Of a stretch of 64,000 nucleotides of DNA, positions 26,132 to 39,040 are shown piece by piece (positions within the stretch are counted from its first letter, which is position 1; each line of letters begins with the position of its first letter). The stretch lies in NCBI GenBank assembly GCA_964016885.1, contig OZ024740.1, positions 155,682,001 through 155,746,000 on the forward strand, given 5' to 3'. The notes under the pieces were generated by a model. It saw only the letters and a program-made list of their open reading frames with translations. It did no database searches and was not told the DNA's origin. The DNA is from Eledone cirrhosa. Taxonomy: Eukaryota. The position numbers were made by a program, and so were the translations under genes.

Positions 26132-26607
26132 TTAATACAACTATCTTCCCCATGAGTGCTTTTAGTGGAGTTTACTATGTTGCAAGCATTTATACCAGGT
26201 ATCCAGTTTCAGGAAGACTTGACATTTTTGTGTGCTGCTGCTTATTGGCAGAACCTGATAGAAAGTTGGGGTTTCTTCTGTCCTCACACTTGGCCTTAGA
26301 TGTCTTGAAGACACACACAAAAAAACAGACACAGCCCACTACAGGCTTTAACATCATCACCATTTTATGTCTATTTTCCATGCTTGCGCGGGTTAGAGGA
26401 GGTGTCATGTTCAGGAATTAGACAGATCAGATGACTATATCTTGCTCATCCATTCTATTCTGGCATGGTTTTTATTGCCAACCACTTCATGTTGTGTATC
26501 GGGTGTGTTTTGACAGTGGACAGGGTGCTTTTTATTGTGGCTTGCTATTTCAAGACTTATTTGCAGACTGATATTTATATAATTCTGTTTTTTTTTTCTC
26601 TTTTCAG

Positions 26608-26704
26608 CATTCCTATGGTTTTATTCAGTGTAACGAAAGAGAGTCAAGAGTTTTCTTTCACTTCAGTGAATACAGTGGTAATGCGGAGAATGTCAAAGTT
26701 GGAG
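26608..26704 (+). CDS. CSDE1: CSDE1 exon HSYGFIQCNERESRVFFHFSEYSGNAENVKVG (CSD1 RNP motifs)
   Basis: AG/GT, phase 0-1; YGFI and FFHFS cold-shock motifs. Confidence 0.97.
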
Positions 26705-26854
26705 GTAATTTTTTCATGCCTTCTCATCTGGTGTTCTATTTTTGCTTATTTGTTATAGTTTATAGATAATTAATCAAGCATGTTTCAGAACTCTTTTTAG
26801 TTCAGATTTTTTTTATATTTTTCAATATTAAGTATTGAATAGCTACTTCTTTAA

Positions 26855-29035
26855 TCCCTTGCTCTCTAACTACGACTGTGAAGCATGCCATAAGTTGTTT
26901 GTTTACATTTTACATTTGCAGTTGAACCACGACTACAGTCATGGTCTGAGGAGTATTTGTTTCTGATGTAAAATACTCAGTGATTGGATGAATTAGGAAA
27001 CTATTTTTAGTTTAAACCAATGAGGGAGTGTTTTATAAGTTTTTTAATATAAGGGCACATTGCAATTAATCGCTCCAATTTTGTGAGTTAATAACAATAA
27101 TTTATATCAACAAATGTGGCATCAGAAAGTGAAAACGAAACTTTTCTCGAAGGTTTTACTGAAACTGATTTAGTTGAAGCATGAAAATAATACGATTCTT
27201 TTATTGAAAAGGAACAAAATTTATCAGACATTGATTTAATGTCAGAATCTGACTTTGATGATGATGATATATTGATGAATTCAACTGAAAATGAAGACAA
27301 TAGCAAACCCATGTTGGAATGGAGTGATCGATTTTCTGAAGTTGATGTTGATACATTGAGGAAATCCTGTACCAGTAAATATTTTGGATGCTGAGAAGAA
27401 AGAACTAGATTTGCTGGCAATCAAAACAAACAAATATGCTGAAACAAAAGCCCTGATCAGAAATGGCAAAACACCACTGCTTCGGAAATGAGGGCCTATA
27501 TTATGTTTCAGATAGTGATGGGAGTTTGTTTCTGTCCCTAATCAGAACAATCTTTTTAAAAGATAATTTATTCTGGTTGGCATGGTTCAGGGAATTGATT
27601 ACAAGGGACTGATTAGACAAATTGAACCTGTATTTTAATATTTCAGATGTTACTCAGAATCCAGCAAATGGCCACCCTGACCATGACAAACTTGCTTATG
27701 TTTATCCATTTATTGAAAGTATACATAGGAACTTGAAGTCACAGTACATGTCACACTGTGAAACATCAATTGATGAAGGCATGGTTGCTTTCATTGGACA
27801 AATTGTCTTCAAACAATATCTTTCACTGAGGCCTACAAAGCCTGGGATAAAAGTGTGGATGCAGGTTGATCCACACCACGGCTATGTAAACAACTCCAAA
27901 TTTATAGAGAAAATCCTAAATCAAACGGAACGAGGACTTGGAGAAAGAATTGTGAATAACCTCACAAAGGATATATGGGGGGAAAATCACCATGTATATT
28001 GTAATAATTTTTTCTCCGTTGTAAAACTTTCAGGGACTTTTAAAGAATAGGACCTATGCTTGTGGCACAATAAGAAAATAGAAAAGAAGAAAAGACATGC
28101 CAAAAGCTGTTAACTCAGTTAAATTGAAGAAACAAGGTGACACAATACTGAGATAAAAAGAGAATATGGTGGCAACAGCCTGGCATGATAAGAGGACTGT
28201 GACATTGCTGACTACAAATTCTAGTCCCAATGATTTAAGTGTCTGGCAAAAAACAAAAGACTGGGGAAACACCATATTATGCCATATGCAAGGGCAGTAA
28301 AAGACTACATGGAGCACATGAATGGAGTGAACCTTTCAGACCAGTTGAGAGCCAACTACTGCATTGGAGGGAATTCAAATAAATGGGGGAAATACTTGTT
28401 TTATTTTATTGTTGATGTGGCAATATGTTCATCATTTGTGTTGAAAGAATCCCCAAACCATAAACTCCTGTCTAGAAAAGGCAAGGAAAAAAATATGTAC
28501 CCAATTGGGTTTCAGAATGAACCTGGCCTATCAATTTATTGGGGACTATTCCTATAAAAGGATAATACCCCTGCAAGAAATTTCCCAGGTTCAGGGTGCT
28601 ATACACTGGCCTAAAGACTAAGGGGAAAAGAGAACTTGCAGCAGTGTGTTTCAAACAAAATATTGGAAAGAAACCAAAAACAGGCTGTGAGCAATGCAAG
28701 CTAAATTTCTATTAACTGTTTTAAGTCCTATCATCTGGAAACAGAAAATAATTGTTTTCATGTTTTTGCTTACATTTTATTATATTAAATTGTTTATTTA
28801 AATATCTGTAAATATCATATAATGAAATTTTTTGCAATATCCTTTAGAAAATTCAGTTTGGAATCTTCACTGAAAATGTCATGCTTTACACCTTACTAAT
28901 TTATAAACTCAGAGCAATTTTGGTATTAAAAAACTATTGATTCTCAATATTTGGTTTAGGGATGTAGTGTCAAAATAAAAGGAGGTTGGTGTCAAATACT
29001 AAGTAATCATATACGACCACAAGCTCCACAAGGGA
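26855..29035 (+). mobile_element. Decayed piggyBac (PGBD4-like) transposon
   Basis: Acidic N-terminus, SIDEGMVAF, KPGIKVW, VYCNNFF, WHDKRTVTLLTT, YMEHMNGVNLSDQL, with many stops and frameshifts. TTAA|TCCCTTG on the left and CAAGGGA on the right; the right end is approximate. Confidence 0.88.
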
Positions 29036-30592
29036 AAAATTAGTTAATGTTTAAATGCCTTAATTTGAAAATATTGTTTGCAAGTCTCAACATAAGTCTT
29101 TTGGCTGACACTGCTTAAAGAAAATCTGTTGTTTGTTTATGTTCCATAGCGTAGTGGATTTGAAAGGTGAAGATTATAGAATAAGTACTAACTTACAAAT
29201 AAGGGTTGACATCTGAATGAGTATCCTGACGTAGAATATTGCCTCAAAAAGTTTTGTCAACCCATGCTATGATGTAAAAGCAGAGGTAATAATGATGATG
29301 ATCTTTAAATATAATTTATACTATTGTTTGATCACTGGTCATCATCACGTGTGTGCCTGGATTTAGACTAAAAGTCATTATTTATAAATTAAGGCTGATA
29401 AAATTCTTATTCATTAGGAAAACAATAACTGTACACGTTAGTAGCTTTGTAGATCATCATTTAATGTCCATTTTTTTCACGCTAACATGGTTAGATGGGT
29501 TGTCCCGTTAGAGGCAAGCAAGTTGGGTCAAATGACTGTCTTGTTCACACATAACTGTTTCTGGCTTGGTTTCTATGGCTGGATGCCCTTCCTAATGCCA
29601 AAGCGTTATGAGAACATTATTTCCTTTAATTGGAAAATAAATATTTCTAATATTCAAAATGCTTGGAGAGAGAAATTATTGGGAAGATGGAAACTGTGAA
29701 AGCCCATCATATATATGTGTATGTAAATATGTACATACGTACATACACACACAGTCACATATATCAGGATATGGATACTCTCAATGAAATCTAATTATCA
29801 GCAATCATGCAGGTGAAAATAATCTAAAGTATTGATACATGATGTAAGGTCAGGATGATTGAAGATAAAAGCATTACAGAGCATAATATAAGGTTTGGAG
29901 AAAATCAAGCAAAGATATCAATCAATTCAGAAACATTTTTCGACACACGTTTTGATTAATGCAGATAAATCAACAATTAGTCTATAATTAACAGTGAAAA
30001 TAATTGCATTATTGATGAGAAATATAATAATACATCAAGTTATCTGCATCCTCTCATCAAGAAAAACAAAAATTATCAAAATTGATGTGTCAATTTATAT
30101 TGATAGAAATACCAAAAAATCCACAGATTAACCAGTAGAAAAACATTAACTGAATGGGCAAAGAATTTACTTATATCGGAGTAAGCTGTATCAATAAATA
30201 CAATATAAAGTTACCAGTTCAGTTTAAACATAGTAAATGAAATTCATGTGTCTATATGTTGTCACTACTTAAAATCTGGTCCTCTTTGTGTCCCATAATT
30301 TTGCAGCTTGACAAATTGCAATTAATACCAGAATGCCACCCTCAAATAAATAAGTACTTTGGTCGATATGATCAACTAAACTTTTCAAGGTGACACTCCA
30401 ATATGTCAGCAGTCCAGTGATTGAAATTAATAAAAGTATAAAAGAATTGCAAATAAACACTCTTCTATATATTGAAATGATAATCATATTAGTTAATCAT
30501 TTGGATTTTACATGTACCAAAATTGTAAGATCTGTGAAAACATTTCTTTATTTCTGTTTAAGAATTATATTCTCTGTTTCTTTTTTATGTAG

Positions 30593-30753
30593 ATCCTGTT
30601 GAATTTCAGTTGTCATTCGACCGACGAACTGGGAAGCGGATTGCATGTTCTGTGATAAAAATTGACCCTGGCGTATCCTCTCCAGAAATTTTAAGTGAGG
30701 AACGTTTTCAAGGCTCTATAGTTCAAGAAGCAAAACCAGTTAAAGCAAAAAAT
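30593..30753 (+). CDS. CSDE1: CSDE1 exon DPVEFQLSFDRRTGKRIACSV...KAKN
   Basis: AG/GT, phase 1-0; VEF..DRRTGK is the end of CSD1. Confidence 0.96.
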
Positions 30754-30805
30754 GTAAGATTTTGGCCTGGAAATGGTACAAATGGTGTTTTAATTTATAT
30801 TATTA

Positions 30806-30897
30806 ATTTCATCTTTACGGGGTCGATAAAATAAAGTACCAGTAATGCACTGGAATAATTGCTGGCCTTGTGCCAAAAAGTAGAAACAATTATTAAT
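30806..30897 (+). mobile_element. MetaSINE/MESC-type SINE 3' fragment
   Basis: TTTCATCTTTACGGGGTCGATAAAATAAAGTACCAG...GTAGAAACAATTATT. Confidence 0.75.
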
Positions 30898-31453
30898 AAT
30901 TCACTGAGATTGATACTTGCAAAATATGCTTTGTTTTGAATATCTGTGTGACATCTCCACTTCTTGCAAGAGTAGTCTCTAGTTTTAAGCATAAAATGCT
31001 GTGCCTTGCTGTATTTGTTCTTGATTGTGTTCTGAGTTCATATCCAACTTAGATTAATTTTGCCTTTCATCCTTTCGAAGTTTCTAAATTATAGTACCAG
31101 TCAAAGGGAGGTGATGGATTGGTGTAATTTTAAAAACATTAGATGAGATATCTTGTGGTATTTGTTCTGGTTCTTTGTGTTTTGAGTGCAAATCCTGCTG
31201 TTGCTTACTTAGGTGGCACTCAATTTGTTGCCTGTTGTTAATTCTTTTGCAACATTTTGGACCTGTTTTCCAGTTTGAGGAGACCTTCCTCCACTCTGTT
31301 TCCTACATAGTCTTAATGGACTAGAAAAGAGTCACGGGCACTTACTGCTTTCCCTCCTTGACTAAACAGCCTCATATTCTGTATGCATTTTAAATGTTTA
31401 TTTTGCAGTTGATTGCATGAAAGCAGTATTATAATACTTAAATGTTGTTACAG

Positions 31454-31611
31454 GGCACAGTATCAGGAAATCAGGATGGGCTTGGTAGAGTCACGTATCT
31501 ACACAACGGAGAATGTTTTTTCCTTCCTTATGGTTTAGAAGATGTAATTGACGGTTCTTCGAAATTGAAAGCTGGAGATCAAGTCAGATTTTATATTGCT
31601 TCCGATAAAAG
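31454..31611 (+). CDS. CSDE1: CSDE1 exon GTVSGNQDGLGRVTYLHNGECFFLPY...GDQVRFYIASDK (non-canonical CSD)
   Basis: AG/GT, phase 0-2; the GRVTY..GECFFLPY motif is typical of Unr. Confidence 0.95.
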
Positions 31612-31677
31612 GTGAGTGGCTTCTGGATTTTACTCAGGAATTAGACATTGATATTGCATGCCAAAGGATACTAATAA

Positions 31678-34185
31678 CACCGTGTAACAAAAAAAAATTA
31701 TTTTCTCTGTTCCTGGCTTGTAATCACTTTTTTTGTGTTGCTTAGGTCCCAAATAAATAAAAAAGTGCTATTAAACAGTTAAAAGTTTGGGTTTGTAAAA
31801 ATTCTAAGCTATTCACTAGAATTATGTATGCTGGATTTTACGTTGTATGTAAGTTTAATTTGCTTATGTTAAATGTGGCCACTAAAGGGTTCTCTCTAAA
31901 AATGAAAGGCAGGCTGTATGATGCCTGCATACGAACAGCAATGTTACATGGCAGTGAGACCTGGGCATTGTGTGCAGAGGATATACGCAGACTGGAGAGG
32001 AACGAAGCTTGCATGCTCCGCTGGATGTGTAATAGTAATATACGTGAACAGCAAAGCATAAACGAACTAAGGGAGAAATTAGGAATAAGAAGGATCAGAT
32101 GTTGTTTACTCGAGAGAAGACTACGTTGGTACGGTCACGTGATGCGCATGAAGGACGACAGTTGTATAAAAAAGTGCAGGGCGATAAAAATAGATGGTAG
32201 CCACAGAGTAGGCAGACCCAGAAAAACCTAGGATGACCTGATAAATTCCGACCTCACACACTTACACCTCTCCAAGACAATGTCACTGGACCGAGATCTT
32301 TGGCGCTACACAGTCATACAGAAGACCCGCCTTGCCTAAGTACAACGCGAAACCTACAGTCAGTAGGCACCTCTAACAAAATACCCCCCCCCCCCCCCCC
32401 GTCCTACTACCCCCACCCCATCTACACCACCCCCTTCAATGTGAAGTTATGTTGGTACCACAACATCCAGTCCGAAACAAATGAGGTCGTGTAGGTGTCA
32501 CGACAAAAAAAAACAGTCCACGCTGTAATGTGGCCGTGTAGGTAACACGGTAAAAACCTCCCAGTCCACACTGTAAACGTAGTTGGTGTTAGGTAGAAAA
32601 CCCGCCAGACAGTCCTATATGAGCAAGTCAACCAATCTTGCCTCAAGTGGGAAAACTCCCGTCCAAACCCATGCAAGCATGGAAGATGGACGTTAAACGA
32701 TGATGATGTTTCAGGTTAAATTATAAAATAAAGAGTAATAATTAAAGAAAATTATAAAAGTGCAATAAAGTATAAAATTGTTAAAAAGTGGATTAAAGAG
32801 ATTTATTGATACTGGATTTTCGCACCCTGAATAAAGGGTAAGTTGTGTTTTAAGCATTCGTCTCCAGGATGAAGCAGTGGAACTTGGTCAAGGAGGAAGT
32901 GCAGGTGACAAGTCAGAGAAGTCGATACAAATCTTTCTCAGGCTTTTACACTCTTAGAGATGGCCTCTGCTTCTGCCATGACGTGCCTGGACTGTTTGAC
33001 GTTATTGGAATGCCGTTTGTGCCCAAGGAGTGGCGGCTATTTATAGACAGCTCCACCACATGTTTGAAGGCTGTCCTCCTCCACAATGGAAACAAGTTCC
33101 TGACACTGCCCCTAGCTCATTCAGTCTGCCTGAAGGAAGATTACTACAGTGTGAAAGTCCTCTTGGAAGCTCTGCAATACAACCAGTACAATTGGGAAAT
33201 CATTGGAGACTTCAAGATGGTGGCTTTCTTGCTTGGACTCCAAGGAGGCTTTATCAAATTCCAATGCTTCCTCTGCCTTTGGGACAGCAGAGCCACCTCT
33301 GACCACTACAAAAGAAAGAACTGGGAGCAGCGAACAAAATTTGTAGTTGGGACCCGGAACGTCATGTGGGAGCCACTGGTTGATCCCAGGATTGTGCTCA
33401 TGCCGCCACTGCACATTAAGTTGGGGTTGACGAAGCAGTTTGTGAAGGCTCTCAACCAAGAATCAGCCGCTTTTAGGTACCTTCTTGAGTTCTTCCCCAA
33501 GTTATCTGAGGCCAAAATCAAAGGTGGAATTTTTGTTGGATAAAGAAGGTGTTTGAGTCTACCGAGTTCTCCAATAAGCTCAATAGGATTGAGAGAACAG
33601 CATGGAACTGTTTCAAGGCAGTTGTTAAGGGCTTCCTGGGCAACTACAGAGCTGAAAACTACCAGCAACTAGTGCAGGATCTGATAAAGGCTTTTGGCGC
33701 CATGGGATGTAGGATGGCGCTTAAACTCCATATGCTGGACGCTCACCTGGAAAAATTCAAGGACAATATGGGCGCCTACTCAGAAGAACAAGGCGAATGA
33801 TTCCACCAAGATGAAAAAATGATGGGGGACTATATCTGGGGGCTAGTGCGGGAATGTGACCTGGACTACAACTGCAAATCCAGGAAATCCAGTCATGTCT
33901 GACGTGTATAAGTTGCTTTATAAGTGTTATTTGTTTTTACTTGTTTGCTTTTGATAAGCTTGTGTAATAAAATAAATATATACTCTGTTGATTTAATTAT
34001 ATGAACTGATAAATAAAAAAAAAAATGTGTTTTTTCTTGAAAGATATGAAAATTTCGAAATATCAAACTCCTGACCACAAACCCAAACTTCTGATTAAAT
34101 AAGAGTGTTTTTTTAATAATAATGGGATATAACAAACCAGCAAATGACACTTAGAACCGGGGAACAAATAATATGTTACACAATG
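31678..34185 (+). mobile_element. Chapaev3-like (CMC) DNA transposon, internally deleted, with a nested RTE
   Basis: Transposase remnant at about 32860-33890 (WRLFIDSS, LKAVLLHNGN, PPLHIKLGL, FPKLSEAKIK, SEEQGE.FHQD). Termini CACCGTGTAACA / TGTTACACAATG are each flanked by TAA. The family name is recalled from motifs, not from a search. Confidence 0.8.
31877..32708 (+). mobile_element. 5'-truncated RTE LINE nested in the Chapaev3-like element
   Basis: KGFSLKMKGRLYDAC..HGSETW..RLRWYGHV, near-identical to 44700-45650; (GAT)n tail. Confidence 0.93.
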
Positions 34186-34812
34186 TAATTAGGGCAATTT
34201 TTTGCTAAAAAGTCTAAAAATCTATGAAAGTTTACTTAGTTTGCATAGAAGTTTATTATAAAGTCAAAATAATGTCTAAAAAATTAAAAATATTAGCATG
34301 GAAGATAGATGTTAAACGATGATGATGATTGAATAAAATTTTATTTAAAATATTGATAATTGTCAAAACTTAATTATTAGAGGAAGAAAACAAAAGAAAA
34401 AAACAAAGAAACAAATAAAGCAATTGGTCAAAGAATTACATAACCTTTGGTTATGTATATGTCCACAGTGGTATAATCATGAGATGTCTTGTGGATATAT
34501 ATATTAACAAGCAATTTTCCGAGATATCTTGATTAAGTCTTAAGGAGTTGATTGTAAAATAGATGCTAGTATAATTTATGTAGTTACCTTAGAAATTTTA
34601 ATTAAAATTACACCTTCAGTAATGATTGTTTCTAGTTAAAATTTTTTAACTAAATATGCAGTTTGGGTGCCATGTGTACTTGGGTATTTTTCCTAGTCAT
34701 TCTCTTATGAGGTTAATATATAATATTATACCCTTTACGCTGTTTAGGATTGATATATGCAAGAAAAAAAAATTACTTTGTTATAAACATGTGGAAGGAT
34801 GATATGTATTAG

Positions 34813-35154
34813 ATCATCATCATCATCATCATTTTACGTCCGCTTTTCCCTGCTTGCAAGGGTGGGGCGGGAACTGATTCTGGCTTGATTTCTACAGCTG
34901 GATGCCCTTCCTAACACCAACCTCATTTACAGTGAGTGCTGGGTGCTTTTTTGCCGTGGCACCTCCACGACCACTTTGCAGTGGAATGATAGGGAACCCA
35001 GTCCCTATCATCTCATTTCTACAGCTGAGTAAACTGGAGCAATGTGAAATAAAGTGTCTTGCTCAAGGAAACAACACATCACCCGGTCTGAGAATTGAAC
35101 TCACAACCTTTCGATTGCAAGGCCAATGCTCTAACCACTAAGCCATGTGCCTCC
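34813..35154 (-). mobile_element. tRNA SINE with RTE tail, inverted copy of 1129-1466
   Basis: The reverse complement is near-identical to 1129-1466. Confidence 0.88.
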
Positions 35155-35275
35155 ATTATAAAGTTAATATTATTATCTATATTTATCAGTCCTACAATAG
35201 TTTATCTGAATTATTATTATATGTGATTATAAAAGTATGTTGTGCAAAGTTTTCTATCCATCAAAATTATTTCAG

Positions 35276-35489
35276 AAATGGTAACATTAGAGCTCGAAGA
35301 CTTGAAAGTGTCATGGTGCAAAATCAAGAGAAATACCAAGGTGTCGTATGTTCGATGAAAGAGAACTTTGGTTTCATAGAGCGTTCTGATGTTGTGAAAG
35401 AAATATTTTTCCACTACAGTGAATACAAAGGCGATATCAGTGAGCTGCTTCTTGGAGATGATGTAGAATTTCAAATCCAGTCAAGAAGT
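35276..35489 (+). CDS. CSDE1: CSDE1 exon ...YQGVVCSMKENFGFIERSDVVKEIFFHYSEY...GDDVEFQIQSRS (second canonical CSD)
   Basis: AG/GT, phase 2-0; near-diagnostic CSDE1 sequence. Confidence 0.98.
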
Positions 35490-36700
35490 GTAAGTTGCAA
35501 GTTCAATTTTTTTTTTCTCAGTGGTGATGTTGACTGGTAATGTATCATGGCTCATAAAATCAGACTAACACAGATTAGATCGAGGTCATACACTAAATTG
35601 AGTGGACAGCCATTATGTACGTATATATATCATCATCATCATCGTTTAACGTCTATCTTCCATGCTAGCATGGGTTAGACGGGTTTGTCCCATTTAGAGG
35701 CAAGTTTGGTGACCGTGTCATATGTTCATTATGGCTAAGCCATAAGTCTTGTTACTCTGGAGTTTTGTTTACTCACTAGTGAGTTTTGTCTGATGATCTT
35801 GTGAGTACACAGGTAAAACTTTAGTGTAACAAGACTCATCCCTTAGCCATGATGAAGAATATTATCAAACTCGACTTCAATACTGAGTACTCATTCTTGC
35901 ATCAGTTAACATTACACAGATATATATATATATATATCCAGCTTAACCCCAAAGTCCTCCCATGTCTTAACTTTGGATGCCTTTACTGTCTCTGCTGCAA
36001 TTTTTCTATAGTAAGGTATTTCATATCAAACCACTGAGCAACAAGACATAAAAATCATTGGCTGCATATGCAGAAATACACATATATGCTCGCAAACACA
36101 GCAGGTTTCCTGGAAGTTTCACTCACAAGGCATTGATTAGCTGGAGGCTATAAGGTGCCATACTGTAGTATCGATCTCAGCACCATGAGATTTTAAAGTA
36201 AACTTCGTAATTACATAGCTATACCAGAGCTTTCTAACAGTATTTTAAGCTAGGATGTTGAAATTAGAACAAAATAATAAATAACAGTAACTGAAGATAT
36301 TTTACTTTTTAAAAATGTTAGTTTTAGTGAAATGGAAGTTGGATGTGCATTGAATGTAGTTCTATTTATAGGTTCTCTTTAATTGAGCCAATAATCGACA
36401 ACCTCTTTATGCACCTGGTAGATTCAGCAAAATGTTCGGTGTTAGGAAGGACTTTCATCCATAGAACCCATGCCAAAAAGGTTTTAGAGGACTCTTGAGT
36501 TATGACACAACTGCTCAGCCTACGTTTGGCATAGTTTCTACAGCTGGCTGCCCTTCCTATCACCAACCACTTTACAGGTGTTACAATCTTGAGATTAATA
36601 AATTGCTTATAATAATAATCATCATCATCATCGTCGTTTAACGTCTATCTTCCACGCTAGCATGGGTTTAGATAATAATGTTTACATTTTTCTTTTATAG

Positions 36701-36757
36701 AGACAATGGGATTATTCATTAAATAGCCACAAAAACAGTAACCAACCAGAGAATGAT
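36701..36757 (+). CDS. CSDE1: Candidate alternative cassette exon RQWDYSLNSHKNSNQPEND
   Basis: TTTTTCTTTTATAG acceptor, GTAAGT donor, 57 nt, stop-free in phase 0, within a phase-0 intron. No homology support. Confidence 0.5.
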
Positions 36758-37032
36758 GTAAGTAAATAAATTTAATTTCATTGCCCCCCCCCCCCCCCCC
36801 CCAATTTAAAAAAAAAAATCATGATAGTTTATTTTATTACTGCCCCATTTGCACATACACACACATAATCAGCATATCATTTAACATTCACTGTCCACAT
36901 CTTAAGCAGACATATAATTAATTATATGAACAAAAGATTGGAATCATCCGAATTAATAAAAAGAGAATATGAGAAACTTTTCACCTCTCTAGAGTCATAG
37001 CGATTTCAGGTTAAGCCTAACAGCTATGTTAA

Positions 37033-37242
37033 CCCTTTAATGTTCAAACCGGCCAGAATTCTCTACCTTTTTCTGTTGAAACTGACTGTAACTGGTCACT
37101 CAAACTGATGTTAAGGTATTGTTCTCAAAATAAATACTTTCAAAATCTCATAGATTCGATATTATATGAGATAATTATATGAGATAAAGCATTTACCATG
37201 AAAATATAATAGTATATATAAAGTAATGTGAATGCTAAAGGG
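37033..37242 (+). mobile_element. piggyBac-type MITE
   Basis: TTAA|CCCTTTA ... GCTAAAGGG|TTAA; internal similarity to 25921-26131. Confidence 0.85.
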
Positions 37243-37518
37243 TTAAGCATTAATCGTTTCTTATATTCTCTTTTTATTAATTCTAATGATTCCAATCTTT
37301 TGTTCATATAATTAAGTAATAATTAATTATATGTCTATTTAAGATGTTGAAGAAATGTGTGTTAATTTATTAAAATGTAATATAATTAACTGTTTTGGTC
37401 TTATTTATATATATATATATTCTACAAAAAACAAAATGATTTATTATAATAATTTCCAAAGACATTTTATGCCGCTGTTTTTTTTTACTACTAATAATAA
37501 CCTTATTGTTATTTCCAG

Positions 37519-37688
37519 GGTAGGGAAGTTGCTGTAAATATTTCACGATTACCTGAAGGAACTGTGATATTCGAAGATGTTGCTATTGAAAGCATAAACG
37601 GGAGAATTCTGAAAACCTTAAAAAATTCCAATAAAGGTCGTCAAGGAGATCCCCTTTGTGGCAGAATTATTTATGAAGTAGATAACCG
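37519..37688 (+). CDS. CSDE1: CSDE1 exon GREVAVNISRLPEGTVIFEDV...GRIIYEVDN
   Basis: AG/GT, phase 0-2; LP.GTVIFED motif. Confidence 0.96.
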
Positions 37689-38229
37689 GTATGTTTATAT
37701 AAAAATATATACTCATTTTAGCTTTTCTTTCAGCATTGCTCTCTCCTTTATACATACTCTTGGTTACATTGCTTTAAAAGAATGGAGACAATGTTGAGTA
37801 GTAAGTATTCTTTAGTGTTATGATGTTAAAGGCTATCTCGCTAGAGCTGCTATAAAATGGACCTTGTGTTTTCTATAAAAAGGTGGGGGAAATATAAGTT
37901 TGGGTAGACCCCTTAATCCTACCAAGGACATAGCATCTTTAGTTCTGGTACCACTGTGAAGTGGTTGATGTTAAGAGCATCCAACTATAGAAATAAAACA
38001 AAAAATGGTATGTATGAGTGATATGTGATCCTCTGAATAAGAATTGACTTAGATTCTGATGACATCTCCAACCCATGGCAGCGCGGATATAAAATAATAA
38101 TGATGATCATAATCATCATCGCCATCACTGTTTTTTACATTAGCATTTCCGTGCTGAAACAGTGTTTTATAGTCAGATTCCCTTTCTGATGTTAATCCTT
38201 TTAGTCACCCCATATAGGAGTACATAATT

Positions 38230-39040
38230 CTAAAAACTATGTGCAGCTGGGTTGGAAGTAGTATCAAGACTGGTGATTGTAAGACGAGTCGGTTGGAATT
38301 TGCAGACAAAATGGTACGACTTAACTTGTCAGGAGGTGATTTCCAACATGTGCTTGATATATTTTCTGCTGAGTGTTGCACGGCAAGATTGAAAATCAGT
38401 TCTGTGAAAACTAAGGCACTCATCCTCTCAAGGAAGCCTGTACAACAGTGCACTCTGCTTGTGAGCGGAGTTCCACTGAAGCAGGTGGAGATGGTCATCG
38501 TTGCCGTTTTTAGGCAGGAGGATAAATTAAGTGTAAGAATTGCAGGGGCTGGTTCAGTAATGTGTTAGCTTCAGCATTTGGTCATCAAGAAGGGAGGTTG
38601 GTGTAAAACCCAAACTTGTTACCTTCAATTCAGTATTCATGCCAACTTTATCTTTGGTCATGAATCTTGGGTAATGACTGAAAGAATAGGATTACAAATA
38701 CAAACAACCAACATGGGATTCATTTGAAGGGTATTTGGAGTAATATTACTCAATAGAGTGCATAGCTTGGAGATCAGTGAATGAGAGATCACAGTTCTGA
38801 TACTATGGGCATGTAGTTAGAATGTCTGAGAAAAGAATCACTGGACAGATTTTATGGGCAAAACAACCGACAGGAAACCCAGGGGTAGATCCTGAGCAAG
38901 ATGGTTTGATAACATCCATGAGCTCGGCTGGTTTCACTTGGAAATCCAGCCAGATCAATTGGAGACAGCTGCTTCGGACAAGACCCGCTGAAAGGTGAGC
39001 TTGAGGATTCAGACTCATGGCCCTCTCAGGAATAAGTGGG
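38230..39040 (+). mobile_element. Rex3/Expander-like RTE 3' fragment
   Basis: LEFADKMV, LKISSVKTKALILSRK, GHESWVMTERI. Confidence 0.78.

Noticed and set aside
27622-28557. Domesticated PGBD gene
   Set aside because: Fragmented by stops and frameshifts, with decayed catalytic motifs (for example CNNFF in place of DNFF).
29760-30210. A-rich stretch resembling decayed coding sequence
   Set aside because: I could not assign any motif or sustained reading frame.
31409-31453. Upstream in-frame alternative acceptor (TTTTGCAG at 31408)
   Set aside because: It gives TTG ATT GCA TGA immediately. Such AGs are common in T-rich introns, and nothing supports a regulated poison splice.
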